A stretch of 64,000 nt of DNA, from NCBI RefSeq assembly GCF_001194135.2, contig NC_068989.1, positions 15,498,104 through 15,562,103 on the forward strand, written 5' to 3'. Position numbers and translations under genes: made by a program. Position 1 is the stretch's first letter, and every line of letters begins with the position of its first letter. The stretch comes from Octopus bimaculoides (Eukaryota). The notes below the pieces were generated by a model, which did not search any database, had not been told where the DNA came from, and saw only the letters and a program-made list of their open reading frames with translations. Below, in pieces: positions 23,080 through 35,286 of this stretch.

Positions 23080-26000
23080 TGAAAAATAATGCGCCAAAAC
23101 AACCTTGAAGAAAAAAAAAAATGGATTAGTATCCTGCTAGATAAAAATAAATAAATAAGAGAATTAGATCAAACACAAACTTACAATTACAAAATACAAG
23201 GGACAAAGATGAAAGAAAAAAAACTAGGACAATATTACAGACATATTAGATGAATATCTGAAATAGTGCTAAATACCAAACAAAATATAAAAAAGAGAAA
23301 GAAATAACGTTCATATTCAACCAAACTGTGTCAAATGTTTTAGCTTTTCTAGAACTACGTTATAATTATAATATTGTTAACTGAAAACTAAGTAACTTGG
23401 CAAGACTTGACAAGAAAGTACGGAAAATAATGACTGCTTTGAGAATCCACGGTCGAAATCCGACACATATTATATTATATTTACCACGAATAAAGAGTTA
23501 GGTGTAGTTTGATATGAGAAAATTGTAAAATATTCAGAATGAAATTACAAAATATATAGCAAAAATAGACAAAAACTAATATGCGTAAGTACATGAGGTA
23601 AAAGTTAGTCGGGGGAATGATGGAGAGAAACAGCAGAAGCTTTTCATAAGCTAAAACTACAGTCTTAACTATTCATAAGCTAAGACCAAAATGGGATTTT
23701 AAAAGTTTATGCAAATACATCGGCATGCAAAAGCACAAGACTGGACATAGTTGAAGGGAGAAAGAAAACATCAGCCGAGATTTGAAGAAAAGCTGAGGGA
23801 GAAAGATTTATGATAAAATGTTTTCCAGAAGCAAATACTTAAGTGAGGGCTGTGAAGAACAATCAACCCTTTCATCGTTGGCTGTCACGTTTAGCCAAAG
23901 CTGTATGTAAATAGAATTATAGCAGAATAGGGGAATTTCACATACTGGAAATTATCCCAAAATTATGGGGAAAAAAATGAAATGTAGATGGTATAAAAAT
24001 ACGGAAAGTCTCAGAAAACGACAGTAACCATACCGTAAGATATACCAATTTATACAGACAGGAAGATTAAAAAAAAAGTGAATAGTTATTGCAAAAGACT
24101 ACCAAGAAATTAAATGTCAGCCGTATCGATGTATCAATTCCAACAGACATTATATCTTTTAAAGGAATAGAGAAACTATATAGATATAATTAGCTGAAAA
24201 TAGATTGGGGATTGGAAAGAGAAGCAATCTGCTTAATAGGGGCTTTGGAAATAAGAAAAAAATTCTGACTAAAACATACATAAAAGTCCAGGACTTACTC
24301 TCATAAACATCAAATTAGGTAAGATGATTTAAAAACGAGAGTATGTCTTCAATCAGAAGCAAATAGGACGAACGTTAAACGATAGGTTTCACACACAACA
24401 ATAACAACAAATTGTATAACATCAGAAAATACAACGAAATGTAGAAGAAATGCAAATACATTGGTCGAAAATATAGATTGAACATGTCCAGCATGACAAG
24501 GATGCAAAATGCATTAGAACAGGAATTCAAGGAATTTAACAAGGACAACTAGGAGAGGAATTCAACAACAGTAACTAGACTGCTAGATTCTTGTAGGCTT
24601 GATGAAGCCTCCAAATTTACAAGAGGTGAAAAGAAAGATATCTAAATTTCCGATGCAAAAACAAACACACCTCACCAAAATAAAAACCAAAAAAGCAAAA
24701 ACAAAAGCAAAAAAAACCAAACAAACAAAACGAAACAAAACGCAATGTCTCTAAATTACTACCGATGAACAACTAACCAATAATATACAATGTCTTGCCA
24801 TTTGCTAACAATACTTATCAATATAGTGTATTCATATATGTAAATAATATCTGCCGACACAGAATATGTGTCGGCAAAAGAATTAATGTATGTAAAGAAC
24901 AGTTTCTAGTAAATAGAACATCTATTGACGACAGTAAGAGAATACAAAAGCATGAAAGAAATTGATTAGAGAAAAGACTTTGACAGCAATGTGCAGAAAC
25001 AAAGTTGCCACATTATTAAGATAGAATGTCAACAACACCACGTCGAAATTAGAAGACATCAATAACACCGGTAGAAAGATATAAGAAAAAAACCCAGCCT
25101 TTCTATCTATAGAAATGACAATTCTCAGACAGATTTGTCCTCGTTTTTCTTCTGTCTAGATCTGACGCAAATAGCAAATCTGTTAAAGCAAACAACAAAT
25201 GCTAACGGTAAACTATAAATCATATTACTTAAAACAATATCTAAGAAGCAACAGCTAACTAAAGAAATTATTAAAACCTCTACAAGAATTCAAAAATAGT
25301 ATGAAACAAAATTTGGAATTAGACAAATATATCAAAACTATTCTGAGAAGGTGTAAATAAGTTAAAACTCAAAAACTATTAAATTAGACTTAGGTTCTGA
25401 AATCAGACTTATGGAAGAATTACCCACATATGTACTTACGTTTGACAATGCTGAGACTTAGATGGAACTTATAAAACACAAGATTCAGATGTGAACATTT
25501 GCAAAGAATTCTACTGAGAAATCTGTCTTCATATTAAAACTGAACACAATGTCAGAAATAATGTTTGTCTCTAGGGCATAAAATACGATTTAAATATGAA
25601 TGGAGATTGAGTAAACTCAAGAGCTTGCAGAGAAAACCAATAAACTACACACTTCATTCCAAGTCCATAATTCGATAACTCATATTGATGTGTTATATCC
25701 ACTACACTCATATAGGAGAATAAAGTTATTATAAAACAACTATTGTTGATACATTGATTAGTGTGGTAAGTCCACATGGAAAAAAACAACAAGGACAAGA
25801 GTTTTAGATATAAGAAAATAGGAAATACAAAGTGGGAGATTATTTTAGTGAGAAGATATTCTCAGATAAGGGCAAAAATCAGACAAAGAGAACTGCAGAG
25901 ATAAAGATTAGAATGGAGTTTCAAAATAAATAAACGAGAGACGAAGATAAACGACTCTCTCATCGTCGGTAATTTCCAATATTCAACAAAGAGGAACCAG

Positions 26001-26700
26001 TCAATATAAAAGCCAAAATATCTGGACGTAAGACAAAAATGTAGGTCTCATTTTATCTGTGCAAATCAATACCTAATGACAAAAGTTACAATAACGCCAA
26101 CTGTGGACTATATAAATGACATAAAGAAGCAACTGAACACGTTCAAATGCAGCTGCCCAATTTACGCAAAAAAAATAATAAAATAAAGAAAACATATGCA
26201 AATGATGAGGTAGATAAGCTATATCGATTGGCCAATATGCTGTCACTTTCGTTTGAAAGTCACTTCATATTGATCGAACTCCATATTGACTGCATAAAAA
26301 TTGAGAATAAGTATACAACAAAATCCATTATCTGATACCTGTGATAATCTCAGATATATCGTTTCAGACTGGCAGAGATGTAAGTCAATCGCTTAGATAT
26401 CATAATGAAAGACAACGATGTACAGTCGGAAAGCTGTAAAAATACAACTTCGATACAGAAACAAAGATTCGGGATATGAGAGCAGAAATGGTAGCAATTA
26501 TTGGAGTACTGAATATGTGAAAATAATTGGAACAAAAACATAAACACCATGACAGATTACTATTTTATACAAAAATCAATTAGAACTAACCCTAGTAGAA
26601 ACAGCATATATCCCATACAAGATACTTTCAATTCAATAACCAGTTCACATACTCAGATATTCTGCTTAATAAACTCTTAATGTTATGACAACTTACACAA
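23080..26700 (+). pseudogene. Mosaic of heavily decayed R4/Dong-like LINE fragments, out of collinear order
   Basis: C-terminal motifs (IVGCxRLAKAVY; IDVSIPTD) at about 23.8-24.2 kb. RT motifs (NYxxxTxL..; KxFDS) at about 24.7-25.5 kb. Apparent inverted RT piece at about 25.57-25.8 kb and pre-RT region at about 25.8-26.6 kb. Confidence 0.5.
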
Positions 26701-27398
26701 TACGTTTATTTTTATAAATTCGGTCTTGGAGAAGAAGCTGGGGACATGGTTATCGCAGGCCCTCCGAAACTCATGACATGGATATAGTTAACGTTTTGAT
26801 AAAACTGTGCTAAGACAACAGCTAAAGTTATGTGCAAGAAAGGAATTCCAAAGGGCCGATGTTCCGTGAAGAAAGCATTAGTCTCAGCGTTTACTGCGGG
26901 GTTTGGGGTGGGGGTTAAGGTATAATACAAGTGATGGGAGGAAGATAAACAAGTGACCCGTGGGCGCCTGAGTGGATGGGGCACGAGAAAAGCCAACTTC
27001 GAAGGACAAAGGTCATTGTAATGACAGTAGAAAGGACAAAGAGAAGAGACAGCACTACTGTTGACTGGAGATCAAAGTGTGTTAGTGAGTTACTGTGTGC
27101 AACTCTGTAGCATTGGAGTTTTCTAGTTGCAGTCTATCTCTGTGTGCAGTAGATCTGTTTAAAAAAAAAACAGTATTGGTTGTTATTAAAGATGGGGAGG
27201 GGGACAGAGAGAGAGAGAGAGAGAGAGATTGGAAAATATGCTTGTTAATAGATATCCCCCATCCATTCTGGAATATTGCAATAGAGTGCGTTAAGACAGT
27301 AGTCAACAGAGTTAGAGGGGTTGGTCTTCTAGAAAATGGAACACGTTGTAGCGTGTTCCCAAAGGTAGGGATATATCACGAGAATACGAGAGAGAGAG

Positions 27399-27443
<45 letters not shown>

Positions 27444-27916
27444 GCAGAGACTGAAAAGTTTGGTGATTATGAGGTCTAATTCGAGGACGCATTATTTGAA
27501 GGAATGGACATTATCAAAGCCTATGGTTTTACTGATTTGAAGTGGCTACGGATAGTGTGAGAGAAACTTTGGAGTTACCTGTAAAATTGACAGCGAATGT
27601 GAAGGCTTTCTTCACGTGATAACTGTTTACAGAACCATGTTAAAAAAATGGAGAAAACTTGAAATCTGCAAAGTTGATAAAGGTCCTTTTAACAAGTTTA
27701 TCGTGCCGGAGGACATGAGAGTAGAGTAATGCATTCACGCTTAGGCGATGGTTTTGCGGAGTTGAAATGCTGCGGGATAGTCAGGGTACATTTGAGTACC
27801 ATAGTAAAGTGTGACGGGCAGGGGCGGTTACGACATATTAATCGGTATGAGATTAGTCAAATGGCTAAAGCTGCTATAAGAAGAATCAAATTAAAATTAA
27901 GAACGCTAAATTAGAT

Positions 27917-28058
27917 TTGTTGGCACTCCGTCGCTTACGACGTCGAGGGTTCCAGTTGATCCGATCAACGGAACAGCCTGCTCGTGAAATTAACGTGCAA
28001 GTGGCTGAGCATTTCACAGACACATGTACCCTTAACGTAGTTCTCGGGGATATTCAGC
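27917..28058 (-). mobile_element. SINE family A 3' fragment
   Basis: TTGTTGGCACTCCGTCGCTTACGACGTCGAGGGTTCC... is identical to other A tails. Confidence 0.9.
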
Positions 28059-28069
28059 AGACATGAAAT

Positions 28070-28920
28070 GAAAGGATTAGACGACCGCCTTCGAAAGAAA
28101 TTTCTAGGAGTAGACGAATTGATTTAGATACAGCACAATGAAAGGAAGGAGAAAATTAGGAAAGAATACTACAGAAAACTCATAATTATCAAAACGGAAC
28201 TTAATGTTAGGAATAAAAGATAATTGATCGTAGGTACAAATATGCTAGCTATAACTGTTATATACTTCGGTTTCTCATGACGGACTAGAAGTTAAGTAAA
28301 TTGTTTTTCCGAAAACAACTGATAATGTTAAGAAGTAATAACACTAAAAGCTCATTCAAGGACAGTTTCTGGTACAAAGAGAAATTTCTTGTAAAATATC
28401 AACTGTAGAAGTTGAAAAATTCTTCGAAGCAAGCAAAAACATAGTGATAACTGCAACCAAGAAACGGATAGAAAAAAATCATTATTTCTTCTTTTTATAT
28501 AAGGAAACAATAAAGCAGAAATCGGAAAGTAACTAAAAAAAAAAAAAAAATATATTAGATGATGGTAAAACAACGCAAAGAGTTTAAAAGTAAAGCAAAC
28601 GAGAAATTCCAAAGGTTATTCTGAAATTTACCCAAGAACATTATCAAGAGAAAACTCACCTAATGGCCAATACTTTTCAACATATGATTGAGTGATAGTA
28701 ATTCAAAGCAAAATATAAAAAATAACTGAAAGGTATTGGGTTAAAAATAAAAAAGAAAACACTAAAAACAAACTGGAGAAAAGATACTAACACCAAGTGC
28801 AGACAATTCAATTAGTACGAAGAGACACCTGGAAATTAGTGACATCATTTCCGGTTGCCATGTGCTTTCCAGCTTTCGATGTAGTCGCAGACATATTCGA
28901 GTGAGCAACTATGTCTACGG
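28070..28920 (+). pseudogene. Decayed R4/Dong-like LINE fragment
   Basis: IQHNExKEKIRKEYYRKL..KTELNVRNK..NMLAI motif run, homologous to VTREYYTRLRKIWQSEL of the 16 kb copy. Confidence 0.6.
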
Positions 28921-28966
28921 GGCAAAATACCCACGTTTCTACATAAAACGGATAGAAGTATATATA

Positions 28967-29204
28967 CAGGGTTGGCTAAAAGTCACCAGACAGTAAATCA
29001 AGCTCCCCCACTTAATTTCAAGATAAAAACCAAAAATCATTTTATATCAAGCTTCCTTAATAATCAGACAGATATTGAAAAAAAAAGCGGTGTTTTTAAC
29101 TCACAACATTCAATTATTAAACGTTCATAATTGGAATGAATAAATACAAATGAATATTAAGTTTTCATGGAATTTTGATTTACTGTCGGGTGACTTTGGG
29201 CCAA

Positions 29205-29207
<3 letters not shown>
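28967..29207. mobile_element. Tc1/mariner-type MITE (241 bp)
   Basis: TIRs CAGGGTTGGCTAAAAGTCACCAGACAGTAAATCAA / TTGATTTACTGTCGGGTGACTTTGGGCCAACTG, with TA on both flanks. Confidence 0.85.
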
Positions 29208-29243
<36 letters not shown>

Positions 29244-29244
<1 letters not shown>

Positions 29245-29458
29245 GAGGGGTGCCGAAAAGTTCCTAGCCTTGGGTAAAAAAATATAAGGAGGGTTACTTG
29301 GTTATAATTTTATTCAACATATCCCTCTCTCAGATTTACACACTTATTGTGGCGGCCCTTCAGTTTTTCTAAGCCATGTAAAAGAACTCGAAACGTTGAC
29401 CCTATAACCAGGCTTTTCCCGATACCTTTAAAGCCAGGAACTTTCCAGTAACCCCTCG
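29244..29458. mobile_element. Mariner-type MITE (215 bp)
   Basis: TIRs CGAGGGGTGCCGAAAAGTTCCTAGC / GCCAGGAACTTTCCAGTAACCCCTCG, with TA on both flanks. Confidence 0.85.
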
Positions 29459-30287
29459 TATATGTCAGATGACAAATGCACAACATGACAACAGTTTAGT
29501 TACAGTCTTATGTAGCATGCCTACCTTGACTGACAAAGAAGATCAAAGTAAACTATCCAGATATAGTTACATCGACTGTACTCTGATCTCTTTAACCAAA
29601 ATGTTGTCATGAAAAGTTGGAAAAACTATCAAATACTGCAATACGTGTGAGGTTGTATGAAAGTGAAGACAGTACCAATAATTTGAGGATAGATATAATA
29701 AAATAATAAAAATGAACATAAATGAAAATATAACAACCAAAGCAGAGCTTATTGTTATACGAATATTACGTAAGATACTTTTAATAATTTAATAGCATAA
29801 ATTAACTTACATAATACGCATTTTTCACAATACATACTCAATACAATCATTTTCCAATAAAATAATTCAACATAGAGCAATATTTTACACGATCGCCACA
29901 CATCAATATAACAAATCACGTAGTCAGTAGCCGGTAATACAATACATACCACAACCATCAATAATTGATACAACACATATTCTAAATAAATACTAGAATA
30001 CTACGCATTAGTATATGCAGCGCACACAGTACATACATGGTACAATCATCATCTATCATACACTATTATACATAAACAATTCACATTGTACATGTTCTGT
30101 ACATTATAGAAACGATATATCAAAATAACACCATAAACGTCACAATAAATCCCTTAACAGAGCATAGAAAGATAAGCGTACACTACCAGAAAAGAATGTA
30201 ATACACATTTCAGAAATATAAAGATTGTATTTTGGAAACTGGTATAAAGTAGCTGAACGAATAATAATAATAATAATAATAATAATA

Positions 30288-30470
30288 GTGACTTACAAAT
30301 ATATATAACACAGAAAATTCCACTACTGGGCACTGCACACATCCTACGCAAAACACTTTCAATACAGTAACCATAAGAGCACCACAGCAAACCACAGCTC
30401 ATACCCGAGGCACAATGAGCTGCGCTCGGTAGTGAAATGAAAGCACGTTATAAAAATAAAACTACTGAAC
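30288..30470 (+). mobile_element. Extreme 3' end of a Dong/R4-like LINE inserted in (TAA)n
   Basis: Encodes QKIPLLGTAHILRKTLSIQ* (R4-clade C-terminus) then a 3' UTR. (AAT)n arrays at 30260-30287 and 30471-30500. Confidence 0.8.
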
Positions 30471-30500
<30 letters not shown>

Positions 30501-30503
<3 letters not shown>

Positions 30504-31775
30504 GTCTTTATTTACAACCAAAACGTTGCGAACGGTATGGACAACACAATGTGGGGTTACATAAAGAAGCGAGAAAGAAGTAGAAAAACGGTGATAATAT
30601 AACTTATAACGATGAATAATTCCTCAAAAGCGGGCAAGTTCCTAGGGCTGCACGTGAAAACCCCACAGAACCACGGTTGCCCTTACCACTAGTGCAAGTG
30701 CCGTCACATCATTTTCATCCAATTTACAGGTGCATTCTTCCTTTTCTATTCTCACTTTTCTTTTCAAGTGTAACTTGGAAAAAGTTGAGGTTTTGGTCAA
30801 AAAGGAAAGTATCCGCCTTCAGCCCTTTCAGTTTGGTCCCCCACACAACCTCTTTCCCGAGGCTACCAGGCAAATAAACACTGTCTGTCCTTCCAGACTA
30901 AAGGAAGGTAGCAGGACGATCTTCCCAATAGAGTCAGCCGATAACCAGATCCGTCCTACACGTGACAGCAGATGTTCGACATAAACCTACTGGTCAGGAA
31001 TACTTGGGCACTGGACCAAAGTGTGCAGAACAGTTTCGTCACTTAACGAGCATCTTGAGCAAGCCTGACTGACGTCACTTTTATGCCTGTAGAATTTAAC
31101 CCGAACTGGTAATGCCCTCCGTTAGCACTGCCAGGCCAGGGAAATTATCCTTGGGCACCAGCCCGAGTGTCCTCCAGAACAGACCAGCCAGCTGATTCTC
31201 ATCGACGCCCAAAGTCTCTCAATGAACTTCATCGCACGTGCAAACCACTAATCCTCTATAGAATGCTAAAGTGGGACTTCCACCTGCCGCATTGCAATGC
31301 TGATAGAGGACTCTGAGCGTCTTACGTCATTTTAGGTAGCAGGCGCCCTGCCTCGGTTTATGCTTGATCCCGGACTGCAGCTCAGTCAAAGAGACGAGCT
31401 GCGGAAAGGTGAGTCTAAGCACACTTGCTTACCAACAAGGAAGCGCTGGAGATATTGTAGCCTCAGAGTATGTTCAGTCATCATCAGCCACGGCATTCTT
31501 AGTCCTCCATTCAGCTGATGCTGACAAGTAGAACGTCTGACTAGTGGAAAGCGTCCCTTCCACAGAAAGCGGGAGAGTATGCGCTCCAATTTGGTCAGAC
31601 GTAAACTGGAGCAGAGCATGACGGTCAGGCGGTAATATATAACGGAGATGGTGTATGAATTCGCCAACTTTGCCCCACCTTTCAGAGACAATTTTCCCTC
31701 GATTAGCCACTCTGCTCGTCACCTCACTCCAGTTCTTCCCCACCTGGATATCTGGACTAAACCCTCGAGTAATTT
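30501..31775 (-). mobile_element. 5'-truncated Tx1/L1-clade LINE (post-RT ORF2 region and 3' UTR)
   Basis: KNWSEVTSRVAN..LSLKGGAKLAN..VIYYRLTV..LTKLERILSRFLWKGRFPLVRRSTCQHQLNGGLRMP (L1-clade FLW..GGL). AATAAA lies 6 nt before the (ATT)n array. Confidence 0.8.
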
Positions 31776-32075
31776 AACCATTTTATCGACTCCAGAAGAA
31801 GGAAATGCAGTGTTTACATGTTTTCATTCGCGTAATTTGAAATTAGTACGTAAAATAGTAATTATGAAGACAACAAAAGAAACAATATTAATACGCGAAT
31901 TATTTAAAAAAATTCTACTTACAGTTCAATTGAATCTCACTTTGAGCTCCATAATCCATTCTATCATTCATTGCGCATTTTACTTTGTCTCCTTTAACTA
32001 AGCCAGTTATATTGGTTTACGTTTTGACGCATCATAACTTTGAATCACACGACACTATAATGCCTCTGCGTTGCT

Positions 32076-32167
32076 AGACACTCGTATATGTACGTAACTA
32101 GAGACACTCATATATGTACGTAACTAGAGACACTCATATATGTACGTAACTAGAGACACTCATATAT
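32076..32167. repeat. 26-bp minisatellite (AGAGACACTCATATATGTACGTAACT), about 3.5 copies
   Basis: Direct inspection. Confidence 0.9.
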
Positions 32168-32734
32168 AAAGTGCTATAGACAACTATACATGCATCTTTA
32201 AACATCCATTCACACATACATACAGCTTTAAATACAGATTCGGCTATAGATACTCATGCATATACGTTTTCAGATATACATACACCTATAAAGATTCATT
32301 GATACACACATACAGCTATAAACATCCATACAGATACAGCGAAGAACATGCGCATACTCATGAACATTTATTTGTACATATATACAGCAGTTAACACCCA
32401 TTCATATATACATACCCATAAAAAATATTCACACTCATAAATTCATAAATAAAAAAATATAGTTATTAACACCCATTCAGCTACGCACACAATACATACA
32501 GACACACAGTCCTATACACATCCATTCACACTCATATACAGCTATTAACACCATTCAAATACATAGGTACAGTACACGCCTATAAAGAAATATTCACACA
32601 TATTCAAACGTATAAATTTAGATGCAAACATACATACATACAAATTGATGCCCATTCACACACAGCATTTAACATCCATTTATATGCACATGCATATACG
32701 CACAAAAAATACACAATCCATTCACACACATATT

Positions 32735-32780
<46 letters not shown>

Positions 32781-33099
32781 TTGATAATATCCCTTCAGAT
32801 ACTCACACACATACAGGCGTATGTATTTATAAACTATTCATATGAATATGCAGCTATACACATCCATACATACGCCCCTAAATGTCACACACACAGACAC
32901 ACACACACAGATATATATACAGCTGCAACCACCAATTCACTTACACACTGTAAGCAGCCATTCGTAGATACATAGAACAATAAACACCAACTCATAAGTA
33001 TTTCAAAACACGTTAAGGTTTTGTGTGTATGTGTGTATGTGTATTAGTGTGCGTGTACCTATAAGTCTGTATTGAAAAAATACTTTGAGAATTTTATCA

Positions 33100-33765
33100 T
33101 GAGTAGAAGAAGGAAAATATCGACATTATTATGAAAATATGCTACTGATTTCAATTGTTTTTAAGATGATTTAAGTCGTTGCTTTGAGCAATCAGCAAAT
33201 TAGTATAAGGAGTAGAACGTGAAAGTTGCTTGCTTCAAACCGGCACATGTGTTTATATGTTCAGTGCATTCTGTTTAACTATATTCCAGTATTTTAATTT
33301 GTGATTTATGCGTTGTCTTAAGGACATCCTTTAATCGATCCTGGAATACAACGAGCCATGAAAATCAATATCCAGGGACTAAGATAAAGAAAACAAAGAA
33401 ATATATAGGAATAGGAAATTATACTTTACATTTCAACCTAAAAACAAAGAAGTTTACAACATCATATTTCAAACCATACCGACGCTGAAAAAGCAAAAGT
33501 CAGCCCAAATTAATAAAAGAAAATTTAAGAAAGCCCAAACTTCACCCAATGAGAACAAAACCAACACTAAAAATGTGCGGAAGATCCCACTGTGATATAT
33601 GTTTAAATCTCTCAGAAGGATCAGAGATCCGTTTTAAACAAGGCAACTATGCACAATCAAAAGTAGCTTCACCTGTGCATCCGAAAATAAATCTATGCTG
33701 TTGCATGCTCAGGATTTAGAGACAGCTACATAAGGCAAACCTGTATGTCCTTAAGACAACACATG
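33100..33765. pseudogene. Penelope-like element fragment (Zn-finger + GIY-YIG endonuclease), internally inverted
   Basis: Plus strand 33322-33765: KSKSQPKLIKENLRK..CGRSHCDIC..FTCASEN.IYAVACSG..SYIRQT.MSLRQHM. Minus strand 33329-33100 continues GMSLRQRI..TECTEHINTCAG..FTFYSLY. Confidence 0.75.
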
Positions 33766-34768
33766 AAACTACTTATGATAAAACACAATAATTAAGACGA
33801 AATGTTTATGTATAAATATCCGCTTGTGTTGATCAGGGTACTTCTGATTGTATTCATACAGAGCTAACTTCGTCTATCAGTAGGAGTTTAGAAATTCAGA
33901 ACTGTCCTGTGAGTTGTTCTCGAGCAGCATCGAGCAAGTGAGGCGCTACGTCTACTGGGTTTGAAACATAATTCTTGAACAGTCGATCTGAAGTTTGAAC
34001 TATTAACCTGTCCTTTTGTTGTTTTAGATGTAATCCAATTTCTGTCTCTGTCCGTACTTGATTTCAACATTCTTTGTGTATACTCTGAGAACTTTATTTT
34101 TACTGCGAATACTCGTCGGAGGATAGTTTATCTCTTGTAATATTGTTTCTCGTTCATAAGTCATACCGCAGAGAGTTTGTTCTTCCCATTTCTAAACCGC
34201 TTCGCAATTTTTAAAGATCTTTTTGATTTTGCTGATGGGTCCTTCTTCGTTTTAATTAACTCTAAAGAATTCTGATTATGCCTGAGAATCTCTACCTGGT
34301 TCAAATCCTCATAAATAAGTGCAGTATTACTGCTTTGATGGTGGTATTCGTGGCCGTTAGTTTTAACTGTTGTTACTATGACTGACACTGCCTGTTATGA
34401 CGGGGAGAGGGGGATTTTAGGTCTCGTGACTCATTCTTGATAATGAAGGCAATTAGGGTAATTAACTTTACTGACTCATCAGTTGTGCCCGGTGTTGATG
34501 TAGGACCGACATCATTCATAATTTATTGTTACTTTTGTTCTGTTTAACTTTCTGTACAGAAATATTTCAGTTGGGCTTTCCTTCGACGTCTAAACAGCTG
34601 GGTCATCTACATTGGATGTTGAGCTTTAATTTATTCATCTCAATACCCACTGTAAGACAAAGTTCTGTAATTATTCTATGGTCCTGTAGAGGAATGTAAA
34701 AAGCCGCAACAATATTGCCTAATGATTCTGCCAATGCATCTTAATTTCATATTATTATTGTTGCTATC

Positions 34769-34966
34769 AAGGTGGCGAGCTGGCAGAATCGTTAGCATCA
34801 TTTCGTTCGTCTTCACATTCTGAGTTCAAATTCCGCCGAGGTCGACTTTGCCTTTCATCATTTCGGGGTCGATAAGTACCAGTTGCGTACTAGGAGTGAT
34901 GTAATCGACTTTTCCCCTCCCTCGAACTTGCTGGCCTTGTGACAAAGTTTGAAATCATTATTATTA
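34769..34966 (+). mobile_element. SINE family B copy with ATT tail
   Basis: AAGGTGGCGAGCTGGCAGAATCGTTAGC...TTTGAAATCATTATTATT, preceded by ATTATTATTGTTG. Confidence 0.9.
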
Positions 34967-34973
34967 GTAGTAC

Positions 34974-35286
34974 TGAGTGAGAGAGCAGTGTATGCTATCA
35001 AAATGACACTGGGGTACAAATATACGAAACCCAGTACACCCACCATGACAACCCATCTGATAAGGGTACATCAGGCACATGCATCACGACCATATGTGTG
35101 GGAAATGATCTAGTATCAAGATAAACAGTACATGACCTAGCAGGTGGGACCCAGTTAGAATTTTCTTCGGGTCGAGTATTCCATTCCACTCAAAAGTTCC
35201 CTGAATAAGGTATGATTAAGGATGATGAACGAAAGACCCATGTTTCCAGAGGGGAATTATTCAAACTCCAAAGAATACCTCTCAAC
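34974..35286 (-). mobile_element. Unclassified retroposon 3' end terminating CACTGCTCTCTCACTCA-(TAA-like tail)
   Basis: A more GC-rich block bounded by ATT/AAT arrays. Its minus-strand end runs into TACTACTAATAATAAT. No ORF. Confidence 0.45.

Noticed and set aside
26712-27900. More GC-rich blocks and ORFs as LINE ORF1 or host exons
   Set aside because: No diagnostic motif could be recognised, so they cannot be supported.
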